From an uncultured Spirochaetales bacterium (GTDB lineage Bacteria; Myxococcota_A; UBA9160; SMWR01): DNA of 64,000 nt. The notes under the pieces are model-generated. The model searched no databases. It saw only the letters and a list, made by a program, of their open reading frames with translations, and was not told where the DNA came from. A program made the position numbers and the translations under genes. The DNA lies in the NCBI GenBank assembly GCA_964653555.1, contig CAZZFT010000005.1:12729-76728 (forward strand). Reading direction: 5' to 3'. This document shows, piece after piece, positions 46,843-56,181 of the stretch. Within the stretch, counting starts at the first letter, position 1. The number at the start of each line of letters is the position of its first letter.

Positions 46843-46947
46843 CCCCGCGGGGCGCAGATAGGACGTCCTCGGGTGATCGCGCACACGCGAAGCTCCCCTC
46901 GAAGCCGCACAGGTTTCGAGGTCCATTGGCCGATTGAATTCGCGTCC

Positions 46948-49215
46948 ATGCCGCGCTGTATCGCCGCCTTCGCCGCCCTGTTGCTCCTGGCTGCCACCGC
47001 GAGCGCCGAGGATCTGCCGACACCCGCCAGCCTCGAGCCGGCCGTGCAGTTCTGGACCCGGGTCTACACGGAGGTGGACAGCCACTCCGGCCTCGTCCAC
47101 GACGCCGAGAACCTGGGCGTCGTCTACGAGACGATCCGCTTCCCGGAGGGGCTGTCGCACCGGGCCCGCGAGCTCGAGACCGAGCGCGCGAAGAAGCGCC
47201 TGCGCGCGGCGCTGCTCGCGCTCGCGAAGGGCAAGCGCACCGGACTCACCAGCGACGAGGCGCGCGTCCTGGCTCAGTGGCCCGACGGCGTCAGCAACGC
47301 GACGCTGCGTCACGCGGCCGACCAGCTGCGCTTCCAGCTCGGCCTCGCCGACCGCTTCCGCGAGGGGCTGGTCCGCTCGGGCCAGTGGCGGCAGTTCGTC
47401 GAGGACACGATGGCGTCGCGCGGCGTCCCGACCCAGCTGGTCGCCCTGCCTCACGTGGAGTCGTCCTACAACCCCAAGGCCTACTCGCGCGTGGGCGCGG
47501 CCGGCATGTGGCAGTTCACCCGTTCCACGGGAAGGCTGTTCATGCGCATCGACAACGTGATCGACGAGCGCCTCGACCCCTACATCGCGACGGACGCGGC
47601 CGCGCGCCTGCTGGCGAAGAACCGCGAGCTGACGGGAACCTGGCCGCTGGCGATCACCGCCTACAACCACGGAGCGGCGGGCATGCAGCGCGCTGCGCGC
47701 ACCCTGGGCACCACCGACATGGGCGAGATCGTGCGCCGCTACAAGAGCCGCAGCTTCGGCTTCGCCTCGCGCAACTTCTACGCCTCCTTCCTCGCCGCCT
47801 CACGCATCGACCGCGATCCCACGCGCTACTTCGGCGCTCTGCGCATGAATCCTCCGATCGAGTACACCGAGATCGAGCTGCCCTGGTTCACTCCGGCGGA
47901 CACGCTCGCGAACGCTCTGGGCCTCGACCTGAGCGTGCTGCGCGAGCACAACCCGGCGCTGCGCCCGTCGGTGTGGAACGGGAACAAGCACGTGCCCAGC
48001 CGCTTCAAGGTCCGCGTGCCGAGCGCCGCGATGAGCGAGCCGGTCGAGGCGCTGATCGCGAAGATCCCGTCCACCTCGCGCCTCGCGCGGCAGGACCGCG
48101 ACCAGTTCCACAAGGTGCGCCGAGGAGAGACGCTCTCGCGAATCGCCAGCCACTACGGCGTGAGCGAGAGCCAGCTCGTGGCGTTGAACAACCTGCGCAG
48201 CCGGCACCGGATCCGCGTCGGGCAGGTGCTGGTGCTGCCGGACAGCGCCCGCGGCACCCGCGTCGCGACGGTGGCGCAGCAGGAGCCGCCGAGCGACGGC
48301 GTCTACCGCGTGCAGCGCGGCGACACGCTGTGGAAGATCGCGCGGCGCTTCGGCACCAGCGAGCGCGCGCTCGCGGCCGAGAACGGAATCCGCAACCGGC
48401 ACCAGATCGCGGTCGGCCAGCGACTGCGGCTGCCCGGAGCCGAGCCGACGGTGGTGGCCAGCGCGAGCCCGGTGATTCCGGTGGACGAGCAGCCGGTGGC
48501 GGAGACCAGACCCGAGCCGCCGCGGCGGTCGGACGCGGCCGCTGCCCCGCCCTCGGCCGCTGCAGCGCAGCCGGCCCCGGCACCGATCGCCGAGCCCCAG
48601 CCCGCGCCGCTCGAGCCCGACCTCGCGCCCGATCCGGAGCCCGAGATCGACTCGGAGATAGAGGCGACCTCCGATCTCGAGGCGGAGACCGATCTGGAGG
48701 CGGACCCGGAGCTCGAGGCGGACCCGGATCTCGAGGCAGAGCCCGAAGGGCCGCCCGCCTCCGTCGGCGACCCGTCCTCGCGACCGGACCCCTCGGACTA
48801 CTCGGTTCACGGCAATCGCGTGACCGTTCAGGCAGCCGAAACCCTGGGCCACTACGCCGAGTGGCTCGAGGTGCGGGCGAGCCAGCTGCGCAAGCTCAAC
48901 CGCATGCGCTTCGAGCAGCCTGTGGTGATCGGGCAGCGGCTCAAGCTCGACTTCGCGCGGGTCTCCCCCGCCGAGTTCGAGCAGCGACGGCTCGAGTACC
49001 ACCAGTCGCTCCAGAACGAGTTCTTCGAGGCCTTCGTCGTCACCGGTACCGAGCGCCACGTGCTCGAACCGGGCGAGTCGCTCTGGTACCTGGCGAAACG
49101 CAAGTACCGGGTACCGGTGTGGCTGCTGCGCCAGTACAACCCGGATCTCGACTTCGCCGCGCTGCCCGCGGGCTCGCCCCTGGTGGTGCCGGTGGTCGAG
49201 CCGCGCACGAGCTGA
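46948..49215 (+). CDS. mltD: Membrane-bound lytic murein transglycosylase D-like protein (SLT domain plus LysM repeats)
   Basis: From ATG 46948 there is a signal peptide, then the SLT catalytic motif PHVESSYNPKAYSRVGAAGMWQF...AYNHG. Two clear LysM domains follow (HKVRRGETLSRIASHYGV..., YRVQRGDTLWKIARRFG...) and a further LysM-like C-terminal domain. Confidence 0.88.
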   Translation: MPRCIAAFAALLLLAATASAEDLPTPASLEPAVQFWTRVYTEVDSHSGLVHDAENLGVVYETIRFPEGLSHRARELETERAKKRLRAALLALAKGKRTGLTSDEARVLAQWPDGVSNATLRHAADQLRFQLGLADRFREGLVRSGQWRQFVEDTMASRGVPTQLVALPHVESSYNPKAYSRVGAAGMWQFTRSTGRLFMRIDNVIDERLDPYIATDAAARLLAKNRELTGTWPLAITAYNHGAAGMQRAARTLGTTDMGEIVRRYKSRSFGFASRNFYASFLAASRIDRDPTRYFGALRMNPPIEYTEIELPWFTPADTLANALGLDLSVLREHNPALRPSVWNGNKHVPSRFKVRVPSAAMSEPVEALIAKIPSTSRLARQDRDQFHKVRRGETLSRIASHYGVSESQLVALNNLRSRHRIRVGQVLVLPDSARGTRVATVAQQEPPSDGVYRVQRGDTLWKIARRFGTSERALAAENGIRNRHQIAVGQRLRLPGAEPTVVASASPVIPVDEQPVAETRPEPPRRSDAAAAPPSAAAAQPAPAPIAEPQPAPLEPDLAPDPEPEIDSEIEATSDLEAETDLEADPELEADPDLEAEPEGPPASVGDPSSRPDPSDYSVHGNRVTVQAAETLGHYAEWLEVRASQLRKLNRMRFEQPVVIGQRLKLDFARVSPAEFEQRRLEYHQSLQNEFFEAFVVTGTERHVLEPGESLWYLAKRKYRVPVWLLRQYNPDLDFAALPAGSPLVVPVVEPRTS
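48670..48741 (+). repeat. Four tandem 18-nt (6-aa) acidic repeats inside the mltD-like gene
   Basis: tccgatctcgaggcggag / accgatctggaggcggac / ccggagctcgaggcggac / ccggatctcgaggcagag encodes SDLEAE-TDLEAD-PELEAD-PDLEAE, in frame with the CDS. Confidence 0.7.
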
Positions 49216-49244
49216 GGCGCCGCTCGCGCGCTCCCGCGCGGTCC

Positions 49245-49922
49245 TCAGACCTGGAACACCGTCTCGTCGGGCAGCCGGATGGCCGTCAGACGCCCTCCGT
49301 ACACGGCGCCGGTATCGATCCCGATGCTGAAGGGCGGGTTCCAGCGCAGGGCGAAGTCGGGGCTCGGGGTGTGGCCGTACACGACGGTGACACCGAGCTG
49401 GTGCGGGGCCTCCAGGGTCGAGCGGTCCCAGAGCAGGTCCTCTGCACTCGCACGGCGCAGCGCGAAGTCGAGATCGGTCTCGCGCAGCAGGGCGCGGCCG
49501 ATGCCCGCGTGCACGAACAGGTAGTCGCCCTCGCGGTGATAGAGGCGCAACGACCGGAAGAAGCGCTCGTGCGCCGTCGGCAGCACGAACTTCGAGGGAT
49601 GGGGATCGGGCAGGTCGAAGTAGCCGTAGCTGGCGAGGGTGCGGTCGCCGCCATTGGCGAGGAAGGCGTCTCCGGCGAAGTAGTCCTCGTTCCGCCAGTC
49701 CAGGAAGTCGAGGAACATCGACTCGTGGTTGCCCGCGAGGAAGACGCAGTCGTAGTCCTCGGCGAGAGCGAGCAGGACGTCGACGACCCCCTTCGAATCG
49801 GGCCCGCGGTCGACGTAGTCGCCGACGAAGACGAAGCGGTCCTCGGGCTGGAGCGGCAGGGACGCGAGCAGCACCTCCAGGCGCTCGCGCTCCCCGTGGA
49901 TGTCGCCGACCGCGTAGAGCAA
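49245..49922 (-). CDS. Ser/Thr protein phosphatase-family metallophosphoesterase (PrpE/ApaH-like)
   Basis: Motifs are GDIHG, GDYVDRGPDS, GNHE and GHT. The start is a TTG with GGAGG 7 nt upstream. Confidence 0.85.
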   Translation of the reverse strand: MLYAVGDIHGERERLEVLLASLPLQPEDRFVFVGDYVDRGPDSKGVVDVLLALAEDYDCVFLAGNHESMFLDFLDWRNEDYFAGDAFLANGGDRTLASYGYFDLPDPHPSKFVLPTAHERFFRSLRLYHREGDYLFVHAGIGRALLRETDLDFALRRASAEDLLWDRSTLEAPHQLGVTVVYGHTPSPDFALRWNPPFSIGIDTGAVYGGRLTAIRLPDETVFQV

Positions 49923-50070
49923 GCCGATCCTCCCCCGGAGTGCGTCTTCGGCCCCTCCGTACTCCCGCTTGAAGGGCGCCTGGCCCGGTAGGCGGTCGCC
50001 TGCGGCTCGCTGCGCGCGTCGGCCGACTCTCCGAGTCGCCCCCCTGGCCCGGCAGCAGCCCGCCTCCCAG

Positions 50071-51102
50071 CTAGCCCCGCAGCGCCAGCTGGCCGCAGGC
50101 GGCCTGGATGTCGGGGCCGCGGCTGCGACGCAGCGTGACGGTCATGCCGCGGCCCGCGAGGATGCGCAGGAATCGATCGATCGCGACCTCCGAGGGCGGG
50201 CGGTAGGGGCTGTCCGGGTGTGGATTCATCGGGATCAGGTTGACCTTCGCGGGAATCCCGTGCAGCAGCCCGGGCAGGCGCTCGGCGTCCTCGGATCGAT
50301 CGTTCACGCCCTCGATCAGCGTGTACTCGAAGAAGACGGGTCGCCGGGGTGTGACGGTCTCGAGGCCGCGCAGCGCGCCGAGCAGCGCCGCCAGCGGGTA
50401 GCGCCGGTTCAGCGGGACGAGACGATCCCGCACCGCGTCGGTGGTGGCGTGGAGCGAGACGGCCAGGTTCACCGGCACCTGCGCCAGCAGCTCGGCGATC
50501 CGGGGCACCACTCCGACCGTCGACACGGTCACGCGTCGCGGCGCCAGCCCGAAGGCCTTCGGGTGCACGAGCAGGCGCACCGCCTCCAGCACCGCGGGCA
50601 GATTGAGCAGCGGCTCGCCCATCCCCATGAAGACGACGTTGCTGATCGGGCGCCCCTCGGGCGCGAACGCCCGCATCCGACACACCTGGTCGACGATCTC
50701 GCCGGTGCGCAGGTTGCGGCGGAAACCCATGAAGCCCGTGGCACAGAACGAGCAGGCCATCGCGCACCCGACCTGGGTCGACACGCACAACGTGAGTCGG
50801 TCGTCCTCGGGGATCAGGACGGACTCGATGCGCGCACCGTCGCGGGCCACGAGCGCCGCCTTGCAGGTGCCGTCGCTGGAGCGGTCGACGCGCTCCACCT
50901 CGAGCGCCGAGAGTCCCCACTCCGAGCCGAGGCGCTCGCGCAGCGCCTGGCCCAGATCGGTCATCTGGTCCGGATCCTCGACCCCGCGCCGGTACAGCCA
51001 GGCCGCGAGCTGCTCGGCCCGATACGGCCGCTCCCCCGCCGCCGCCAGACGTTCGCGCAGGCCCTCGATCGAGTGGTCCTTGATGTGGAGCGGCTCGGCC
51101 AT
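50071..51102 (-). CDS. rlmN: 23S rRNA/tRNA (adenine-C2)-methyltransferase, radical SAM
   Basis: From ATG 51102 the motifs are YRAEQLAAWLY, STQVGCAMACSFCATG (CxxxCxxC), GMGEPL and the C-terminal DIQAACGQL. Confidence 0.92.
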   Translation of the reverse strand: MAEPLHIKDHSIEGLRERLAAAGERPYRAEQLAAWLYRRGVEDPDQMTDLGQALRERLGSEWGLSALEVERVDRSSDGTCKAALVARDGARIESVLIPEDDRLTLCVSTQVGCAMACSFCATGFMGFRRNLRTGEIVDQVCRMRAFAPEGRPISNVVFMGMGEPLLNLPAVLEAVRLLVHPKAFGLAPRRVTVSTVGVVPRIAELLAQVPVNLAVSLHATTDAVRDRLVPLNRRYPLAALLGALRGLETVTPRRPVFFEYTLIEGVNDRSEDAERLPGLLHGIPAKVNLIPMNPHPDSPYRPPSEVAIDRFLRILAGRGMTVTLRRSRGPDIQAACGQLALRG

Positions 51103-51358
51103 GGGGAGCCAGCCTAGCGAAGGGCCGATTGCCGGGCCGATCGAGTGACGGACACGCACGAGGCGGGACGGAAATTCGCCGATCGGCGGAACTTCAGCGC
51201 AATCCAGGGTGGACTTTCGGATCGTATCCGGCCCATGCTGACGTGGACGCAGGTCGGACCTTGCCCGCAATCCGAACGGGCCCTTGGCCCCGGAGTGTCC
51301 CGTCGGCTTCATCGAAGCGGGCCGAAGCGGAATCGCCACCCAAGGAGGAATGCAGAGG

Positions 51359-52801
51359 ATGAGAGAATCGACATCTGGATCTGGAATCGCCGCGAGCCTG
51401 TTACTGCTTCTCGTCGCGAGCCCCGCGCTCGCGAGCTTCTTCCAGCAGGAGGAGGAGGTCCCGCAGGACACCCGCGAGTTCTTCGTCGACGAGGCGAAGC
51501 TTCCCTTCGACGAGGTGCCTGGATTCCCGTCGACCCGTTACTGGGGCATCGACAAGGGTGCCGGCTTCCGGATCGAGGTCCCGGACAACTGGAACGGCGA
51601 TCTCATCGTCTACACCCACGGCTACCGAGGAACCGGCGCGGAGCTCACCGTCGACAGTCCTCCGCTGCGCACGTACTTCCTGGCCAACGGCTACGCCTGG
51701 GTGGCCTCGAGCTACTCGAAGAACTACTACGACGTGCGTGCCGGTGTAGAGAGCACGAACAGCCTCGTGCGCTACTTCAACAAGAACATCGCCCATCCCC
51801 ACAAGACATTGATCACCGGGTTCTCGATGGGCGGACACGTAATCGGCGCCGCCATCGAGCAGTTCCCGAACGTGGCGTGCGCGCCCGGTCCCTTCTCGAA
51901 GCTGTGCGAGCGCCTGGTGATCGTGCTCGGAAAGCTCTCCGGAGGCATCAAGTACGACGGCGCCGCGCCGTTCTGCGGCGTGATGGGTGACACGGCCCTG
52001 TTCGACTACTTCGGCGACTTCTCCTACGGCGCCGAGACCCTGGCCGGAGTGACCTCGGTGTTCCCGCCGCCGGACGACTACGCGACCACGATCCTCCCGG
52101 CCACGCTCGCCGCGCTGTACGTGAACCCGTCGGCGCTGTTCACCGGGAACGGCTCCACGGCCGTCGTGAACGCTCAGGGCGCGAAGCTGCGCGACCTCAC
52201 GGTCCAGATCTCGGGCGGCCCACGGCCCCTCGTCACGACGGCATTCTCGTTCTTCCAGCAGCTGCTGTTCAGCTTCAGCGGCTCGGACGGAACGATCGAC
52301 GGCATCGTGTCGGGCAACATCTACGACAACACGGATCGCGTCTACCAGCTCGATTCGGACCCGGCGCTCTCGGCCGAGGAGGTCGCGTTCAACGACGCGA
52401 TCATCCGGATCATGCGCGACCCGGGCGTGAACCCGCCGCAGGTGCTGCGCGTGAGCCGGATCCCGATCATCACCGGCCACATCGACATCCCGGTGTTGTC
52501 GACGCACACCACGGGCGACCTGTTCGTGCCCTTCTCCATGGAGCAGATCTACGCCCGCGAGGCCGCGGACCAGGGCCGCGCCGGCAACCTGGTCAGCCGG
52601 GCGACCCGCGCGATCGGGCACTGCGAGTTCTCGCCGGAAGAGCTGGTGGAGAGCTTCGCGGACACGGTGTCCTGGGTCGAGACCGGTGTCCGGCCGGGCG
52701 GTGACCAGATCCTCGATCCCGCGGTCGTCGCCGAGCCGCTGTTCGGCTGCAACTACTCGCGCGGGACCACGCCCTCTCGTCCGTTCGCGCCCTGCCCCTG
52801 A
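51359..52801 (+). CDS. Secreted alpha/beta-hydrolase-fold protein
   Basis: A signal peptide (GIAASLLLLLVASPALA) and the nucleophile elbow GFSMGGH are present, with Asp/His candidates near the C-terminus (TGDLFVP, IGHCEF). ATG 51359 is preferred because AAGGAGG lies about 10 nt upstream. Confidence 0.75.
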   Translation: MRESTSGSGIAASLLLLLVASPALASFFQQEEEVPQDTREFFVDEAKLPFDEVPGFPSTRYWGIDKGAGFRIEVPDNWNGDLIVYTHGYRGTGAELTVDSPPLRTYFLANGYAWVASSYSKNYYDVRAGVESTNSLVRYFNKNIAHPHKTLITGFSMGGHVIGAAIEQFPNVACAPGPFSKLCERLVIVLGKLSGGIKYDGAAPFCGVMGDTALFDYFGDFSYGAETLAGVTSVFPPPDDYATTILPATLAALYVNPSALFTGNGSTAVVNAQGAKLRDLTVQISGGPRPLVTTAFSFFQQLLFSFSGSDGTIDGIVSGNIYDNTDRVYQLDSDPALSAEEVAFNDAIIRIMRDPGVNPPQVLRVSRIPIITGHIDIPVLSTHTTGDLFVPFSMEQIYAREAADQGRAGNLVSRATRAIGHCEFSPEELVESFADTVSWVETGVRPGGDQILDPAVVAEPLFGCNYSRGTTPSRPFAPCP

Positions 52802-52891
52802 GGCAAGGGCCTTCGAGAGTGCGACGCCGCAGGGCCCGCGTCGGGGCGCAATGCGCCTCGGCGCGGGGCCTCGCCTGCCGGAGCCGTCCGC

Positions 52892-53407
52892 CTACTCGGA
52901 GACTCCGCCGGAGCGCTCCGCCTGCAGGTCGGCGAGGGCCCGCTCGGCGCTCGCCAGGTCGCGGTCCGCCGCGCGCAGCGCGCTCTGGGCCTCCTCGATT
53001 CGGGTCGCCGTCTCGCGGTAGCGATCCAGCGTGGGATGGAGCAACGCCAGGCCCTCGTCGGCGTGATCGACCGGATCCTCCCCGCGCGCCTCGAGGTCCG
53101 CGACGAAGCGCTCCAGCTGCTCGACGTCGCGCTCGACCTGCTCCATCTGCGTCTCGGCGTCCCCGAGCTGGGAGCGCGCCGCGCGGCGCTGCGCGCGCGC
53201 CGCCTCGACGGCCTGCTCCGCCGTCGCCAGGGCATCCGGCGCCGGCTCGGGTGCGGCCGGCGGCGGTGCGTCGGGCGGGGCGGAGGCGCGAGGCTCCGGG
53301 GCGCGCGCCCCGGACTCCGATGCCGGCGCGAAGAGTCGGTAGGCCGCGAACAGACCGATCGCGAGCAGCGCCACCGCCGCAATCGTTCCCGCTCGACCGA
53401 GCTTCAC
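52892..53407 (-). CDS. Membrane-anchored coiled-coil protein (hypothetical)
   Basis: This is the last 171 aa of track ORF 52892..55438, from GTG 53407: VKLGRAGTIAAVALLAIGLFAAYRLF (TM), a Pro/Ala linker, then heptad-like acidic helices. The rest of that long ORF is antisense to real genes. Confidence 0.5.
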   Translation of the reverse strand: MKLGRAGTIAAVALLAIGLFAAYRLFAPASESGARAPEPRASAPPDAPPPAAPEPAPDALATAEQAVEAARAQRRAARSQLGDAETQMEQVERDVEQLERFVADLEARGEDPVDHADEGLALLHPTLDRYRETATRIEEAQSALRAADRDLASAERALADLQAERSGGVSE

Positions 53408-53502
53408 CTGCCGCTCCGCGTCGCGTCCATCCTGCCTTCCTTCCGGCGAAGGTGGTTCACGGTAGTGGCTCCGCGCGCGATCCGCATCGCTCCCTGCACC
53501 CG

Positions 53503-54339
53503 TTAGGGGGCGTCGTGCCGGCGCTCGACCAGCAGGGAAGCGAGGGCGTGGGCGACCGCCCCCTGCTCGTCGAAGAGCACGGCGTGGGGCTGACCGATGC
53601 CGTCGGCCTCGAGGACGGTCCGGGCCTCGAGGCCGATCCATTCGCCGCGTGGCTCGCGCAGCACGTGCAGCGAGAGATCGGGATTGATCGAGGTGAAGCG
53701 GCGGAAGTCGAGGGCGTTGCCGGTTCCACTCGCGAAGTCGCACAGCGTGGCGAGCCGCACGAAGGGCGTGAGGGCCTCGCCCTCCACCAAGGGGACGCGC
53801 AGCCGCGTCCAGGTGAGGCCCGACTGCCCGCGGCGCGGGATGCGCGAGCGCTCGAAGTCGACGGCGCGCAGGAAGCCCGGAACGAACGCGGGCCCGAAGG
53901 GCTGGGCTCCGGGCTCGGGCGTGGCGTCCGATCCGCGCCCCGGCACCGGATCGGGGAGCGGGATCGCGGTCTCCCGGTCGTGCTCCCCGACGCGGATGCG
54001 CAGTGCCGTGGCGCGGGCGAGCACGCTCCCGCCGGACTCGATCCGCGCGTCGATCTGCTGGATGCGCCGGCCGGCGCGCGTCACCTCGGCGCGCAGGATC
54101 AAGGGCTCGATCGCGACGGCGCGCGTCATCTCGACGGTCATGCGCGCCACCCGCATCGCGACCGGGCTCTCGCAGGCCTCGATCCCGTGCGCGAGCGCGC
54201 CGCAGATCGGCCCGCCGTGCATGTGCTCGGGATTCCAGGGTCCCTGGGCGAAGTGGGAGGGCAACCAGCGGCCGCCCTCGCGGCGGAAGACCGCAGCGGG
54301 AGCGGGAGACGGATCCGGATTCGGAGCGGGGTGCGACAA
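53503..54339 (-). CDS. Thioesterase-like (double hot-dog, acyl-CoA thioesterase) family protein
   Basis: The product reads FAQGPWNPEHMHGGPICGALAHGIE...NPDLSLHVLREPRGEWIGLEA. The start (TTG 54339) is uncertain. Confidence 0.7.
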   Translation of the reverse strand: MSHPAPNPDPSPAPAAVFRREGGRWLPSHFAQGPWNPEHMHGGPICGALAHGIEACESPVAMRVARMTVEMTRAVAIEPLILRAEVTRAGRRIQQIDARIESGGSVLARATALRIRVGEHDRETAIPLPDPVPGRGSDATPEPGAQPFGPAFVPGFLRAVDFERSRIPRRGQSGLTWTRLRVPLVEGEALTPFVRLATLCDFASGTGNALDFRRFTSINPDLSLHVLREPRGEWIGLEARTVLEADGIGQPHAVLFDEQGAVAHALASLLVERRHDAP

Positions 54340-54490
54340 CGGAGTGGAAACCGATCGGGCGTGGCGGGCGGCTGCGGAACGTAGCGGTGCTCCCGGGGTG
54401 GCGCCCGGGTCTCGGCAGGCGGCGGGCTTCGTGACACAATCGCGGCGGCGCCGGGCCCGCCGCCGGCGCGCGCCGCCCGAAGGAGGAGCC

Positions 54491-55384
54491 GTGAAGCCGT
54501 CCGCGCCCGTGATCCTCGAAGTCGCCCTCAACGGAGTGACGACGCCGGAGCAGAACGCCGCCGTGCCGCGCGAGCCCGAGGCGATCGCCGAAGAGGCGCT
54601 GCGCTGCCTGGACGCCGGCGCTGCCGTCGTGCACACCCACACCCACGATCCGATGCGGCCGGCCGAGGCGGCGGCGGCGCTCTACCGGGAGGCGTACCGT
54701 CCGATCCTGGCCGAGCGTCCCGACGCGATCCTTTACCCGACGATGGGGATGGGCGACACGATCGAGGAGCGCTACGGGCACCACGAGCCGCTCGCCGCCG
54801 AGGGCCTGATCCGTCAGGGCCTGCTCGATCCCGGCTCGGTGAATCTGGGCTCCGTGCCCACGGACGCGAGCGCCCCCGTCTTCGACTACGTCTACGCCAA
54901 TCCGCTCTCGCACGTCCACCACGAGGTGGAGGCCTGCGCACGGCTGCGTCTCGGGCCGAGCATCGCGATCTTCGAGCCCGGCTTCCTGCGCGTGATCCTC
55001 GCCTATCACCGCGCCGGACGCCTTCCGGCGGGCGCGCTGGTGAAGTTCTACTTCAGCCAGGGAGGCTACTTCGGGAGCGGCGAGCCGAGCTTCAGCGCAC
55101 CGCCGATCCCCGAGGCGCTCGACCTGTATCTGGCCATGATCGAGGGCACCGGACTGCCCTGGGCGGTGGCCGTGCTGGGCGGGCCGCTGCTCGCCACGCC
55201 GATCTCCGAGCGCGCCGTCGAGCGCGGCGGCCACCTGCGCGTCGGCCTCGAGGACCACATGGGCGGGGCGAGCAACGTCGCGGAGATCGAGCAGGCGCGC
55301 CGGCTGTGCGAGAAGCACGGCCGCCCTCTGGCGACCCCCGCCGAGGCCGGCGCGCTGCTGGGACTCCCGCGCGGAATCGCCTAG
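54491..55384 (+). CDS. Beta-keto acid cleavage enzyme (BKACE/DUF849; 3-keto-5-aminohexanoate cleavage enzyme family)
   Basis: AGGAGG precedes the GTG at 54491. The product reads VILEVALNGVTTPEQNAAVPREPEAIAEEALRCLDAGAAVVHTHTHD...GGHLRVGLED, a TIM-barrel BKACE signature. Confidence 0.85.
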   Translation: MKPSAPVILEVALNGVTTPEQNAAVPREPEAIAEEALRCLDAGAAVVHTHTHDPMRPAEAAAALYREAYRPILAERPDAILYPTMGMGDTIEERYGHHEPLAAEGLIRQGLLDPGSVNLGSVPTDASAPVFDYVYANPLSHVHHEVEACARLRLGPSIAIFEPGFLRVILAYHRAGRLPAGALVKFYFSQGGYFGSGEPSFSAPPIPEALDLYLAMIEGTGLPWAVAVLGGPLLATPISERAVERGGHLRVGLEDHMGGASNVAEIEQARRLCEKHGRPLATPAEAGALLGLPRGIA

Positions 55385-55386
55385 CG

Positions 55387-55833
55387 ATGGACCTGCGGCG
55401 ACTCGACCGGATCCCGCCCGTGAAGGCGGTGATGACACCCTTTCCGTACAGCGTGGAGCTCGAAGACCCGATCCTGCGCGCCGAGGAGGTGATGCGCGAG
55501 CACGGCGTCCACCACGTGCCCGTCGAGCGGAACGGAGCGCTGGTGGGGATCGTGAGCCAGCGCGACGTGGCCCGGCTGGTGCATCCGGCCGCCAGCCGCC
55601 GGACCCACGAGCAGATCCGGGTGCGCGACATCTGCACCCGCGATCCCTACGTCGTCGACCTCAACGAGCGCCTCGACGAGGTGCTCGAGCAGATGGTATT
55701 GCGCCACCTCGGCTCGGCGCTGGTGACGCGCCGGGGCAAGCTGGCCGGGATCTTCACCGTCACCGACGCCTGCCGCGTGCTGGCCGAGGTGCTCCGCGCC
55801 CGCTTCCCCGACGAGGACGGCGACGCGGCCTGA
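55387..55833 (+). CDS. CBS-domain pair protein
   Basis: There are two CBS motifs: VMTPFPYSVELEDPILRAEEVMREHGVHHVPVERNGALVGIVSQRD and ICTRDPYVVDLNERLDEVLEQMVLRHLGSALVTRRGKLAGIFTVTD. Confidence 0.85.
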   Translation: MDLRRLDRIPPVKAVMTPFPYSVELEDPILRAEEVMREHGVHHVPVERNGALVGIVSQRDVARLVHPAASRRTHEQIRVRDICTRDPYVVDLNERLDEVLEQMVLRHLGSALVTRRGKLAGIFTVTDACRVLAEVLRARFPDEDGDAA

Positions 55834-55873
55834 GCGACGGCCCCTCGGCGCGGGGACGGGTCGCCCGACTCCG

Positions 55874-56119
55874 CTAGGTGGCCCAGCGCTGCACCCCGGC
55901 GAGGTAGGAGCGCGGAGGCAGGAAGGCCAGGTACATGCTGACGCCCGTGACGATGGACACCGCCATCGTGAGCAGGCTCGGCACCAGGTTCCCGGTGAGC
56001 TGCTGTCCGTCGAGCGGGAACACCATCAGGCACGCGCCGAGCAGCAGACTGAGCCCGACCACCGCGTTCGCGAGCATCATCACCCCGAGCGCGATTCCCG
56101 TCGCGAGTTGCGTGCTCAT
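55874..56119 (-). CDS. Small (81 aa) two/three-TM membrane protein, hypothetical
   Basis: From ATG 56119 the product is MSTQLATGIALGVMMLANAVVGLSLLLGACLMVFPL...LVPSLLTMAVSIVTGVSMYLAFL. It lies downstream of trmB on the same strand. Confidence 0.45.
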   Translation of the reverse strand: MSTQLATGIALGVMMLANAVVGLSLLLGACLMVFPLDGQQLTGNLVPSLLTMAVSIVTGVSMYLAFLPPRSYLAGVQRWAT

Positions 56120-56181
56120 GATTCGGCGAGCCTCCAGCGCGCTGGCGGCGGTCGCTGCATCGGGGCGACCCGATCCCGCCT

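Noticed and set aside
53408-55438. The upstream 2 kb of the 848-aa minus-strand ORF 52892..55438.
   Set aside because: Only the last 171 codons look like a real protein (TM plus coiled coil). The rest is antisense or out of frame to the BKACE and thioesterase genes and is Arg/Pro/Gly-rich.
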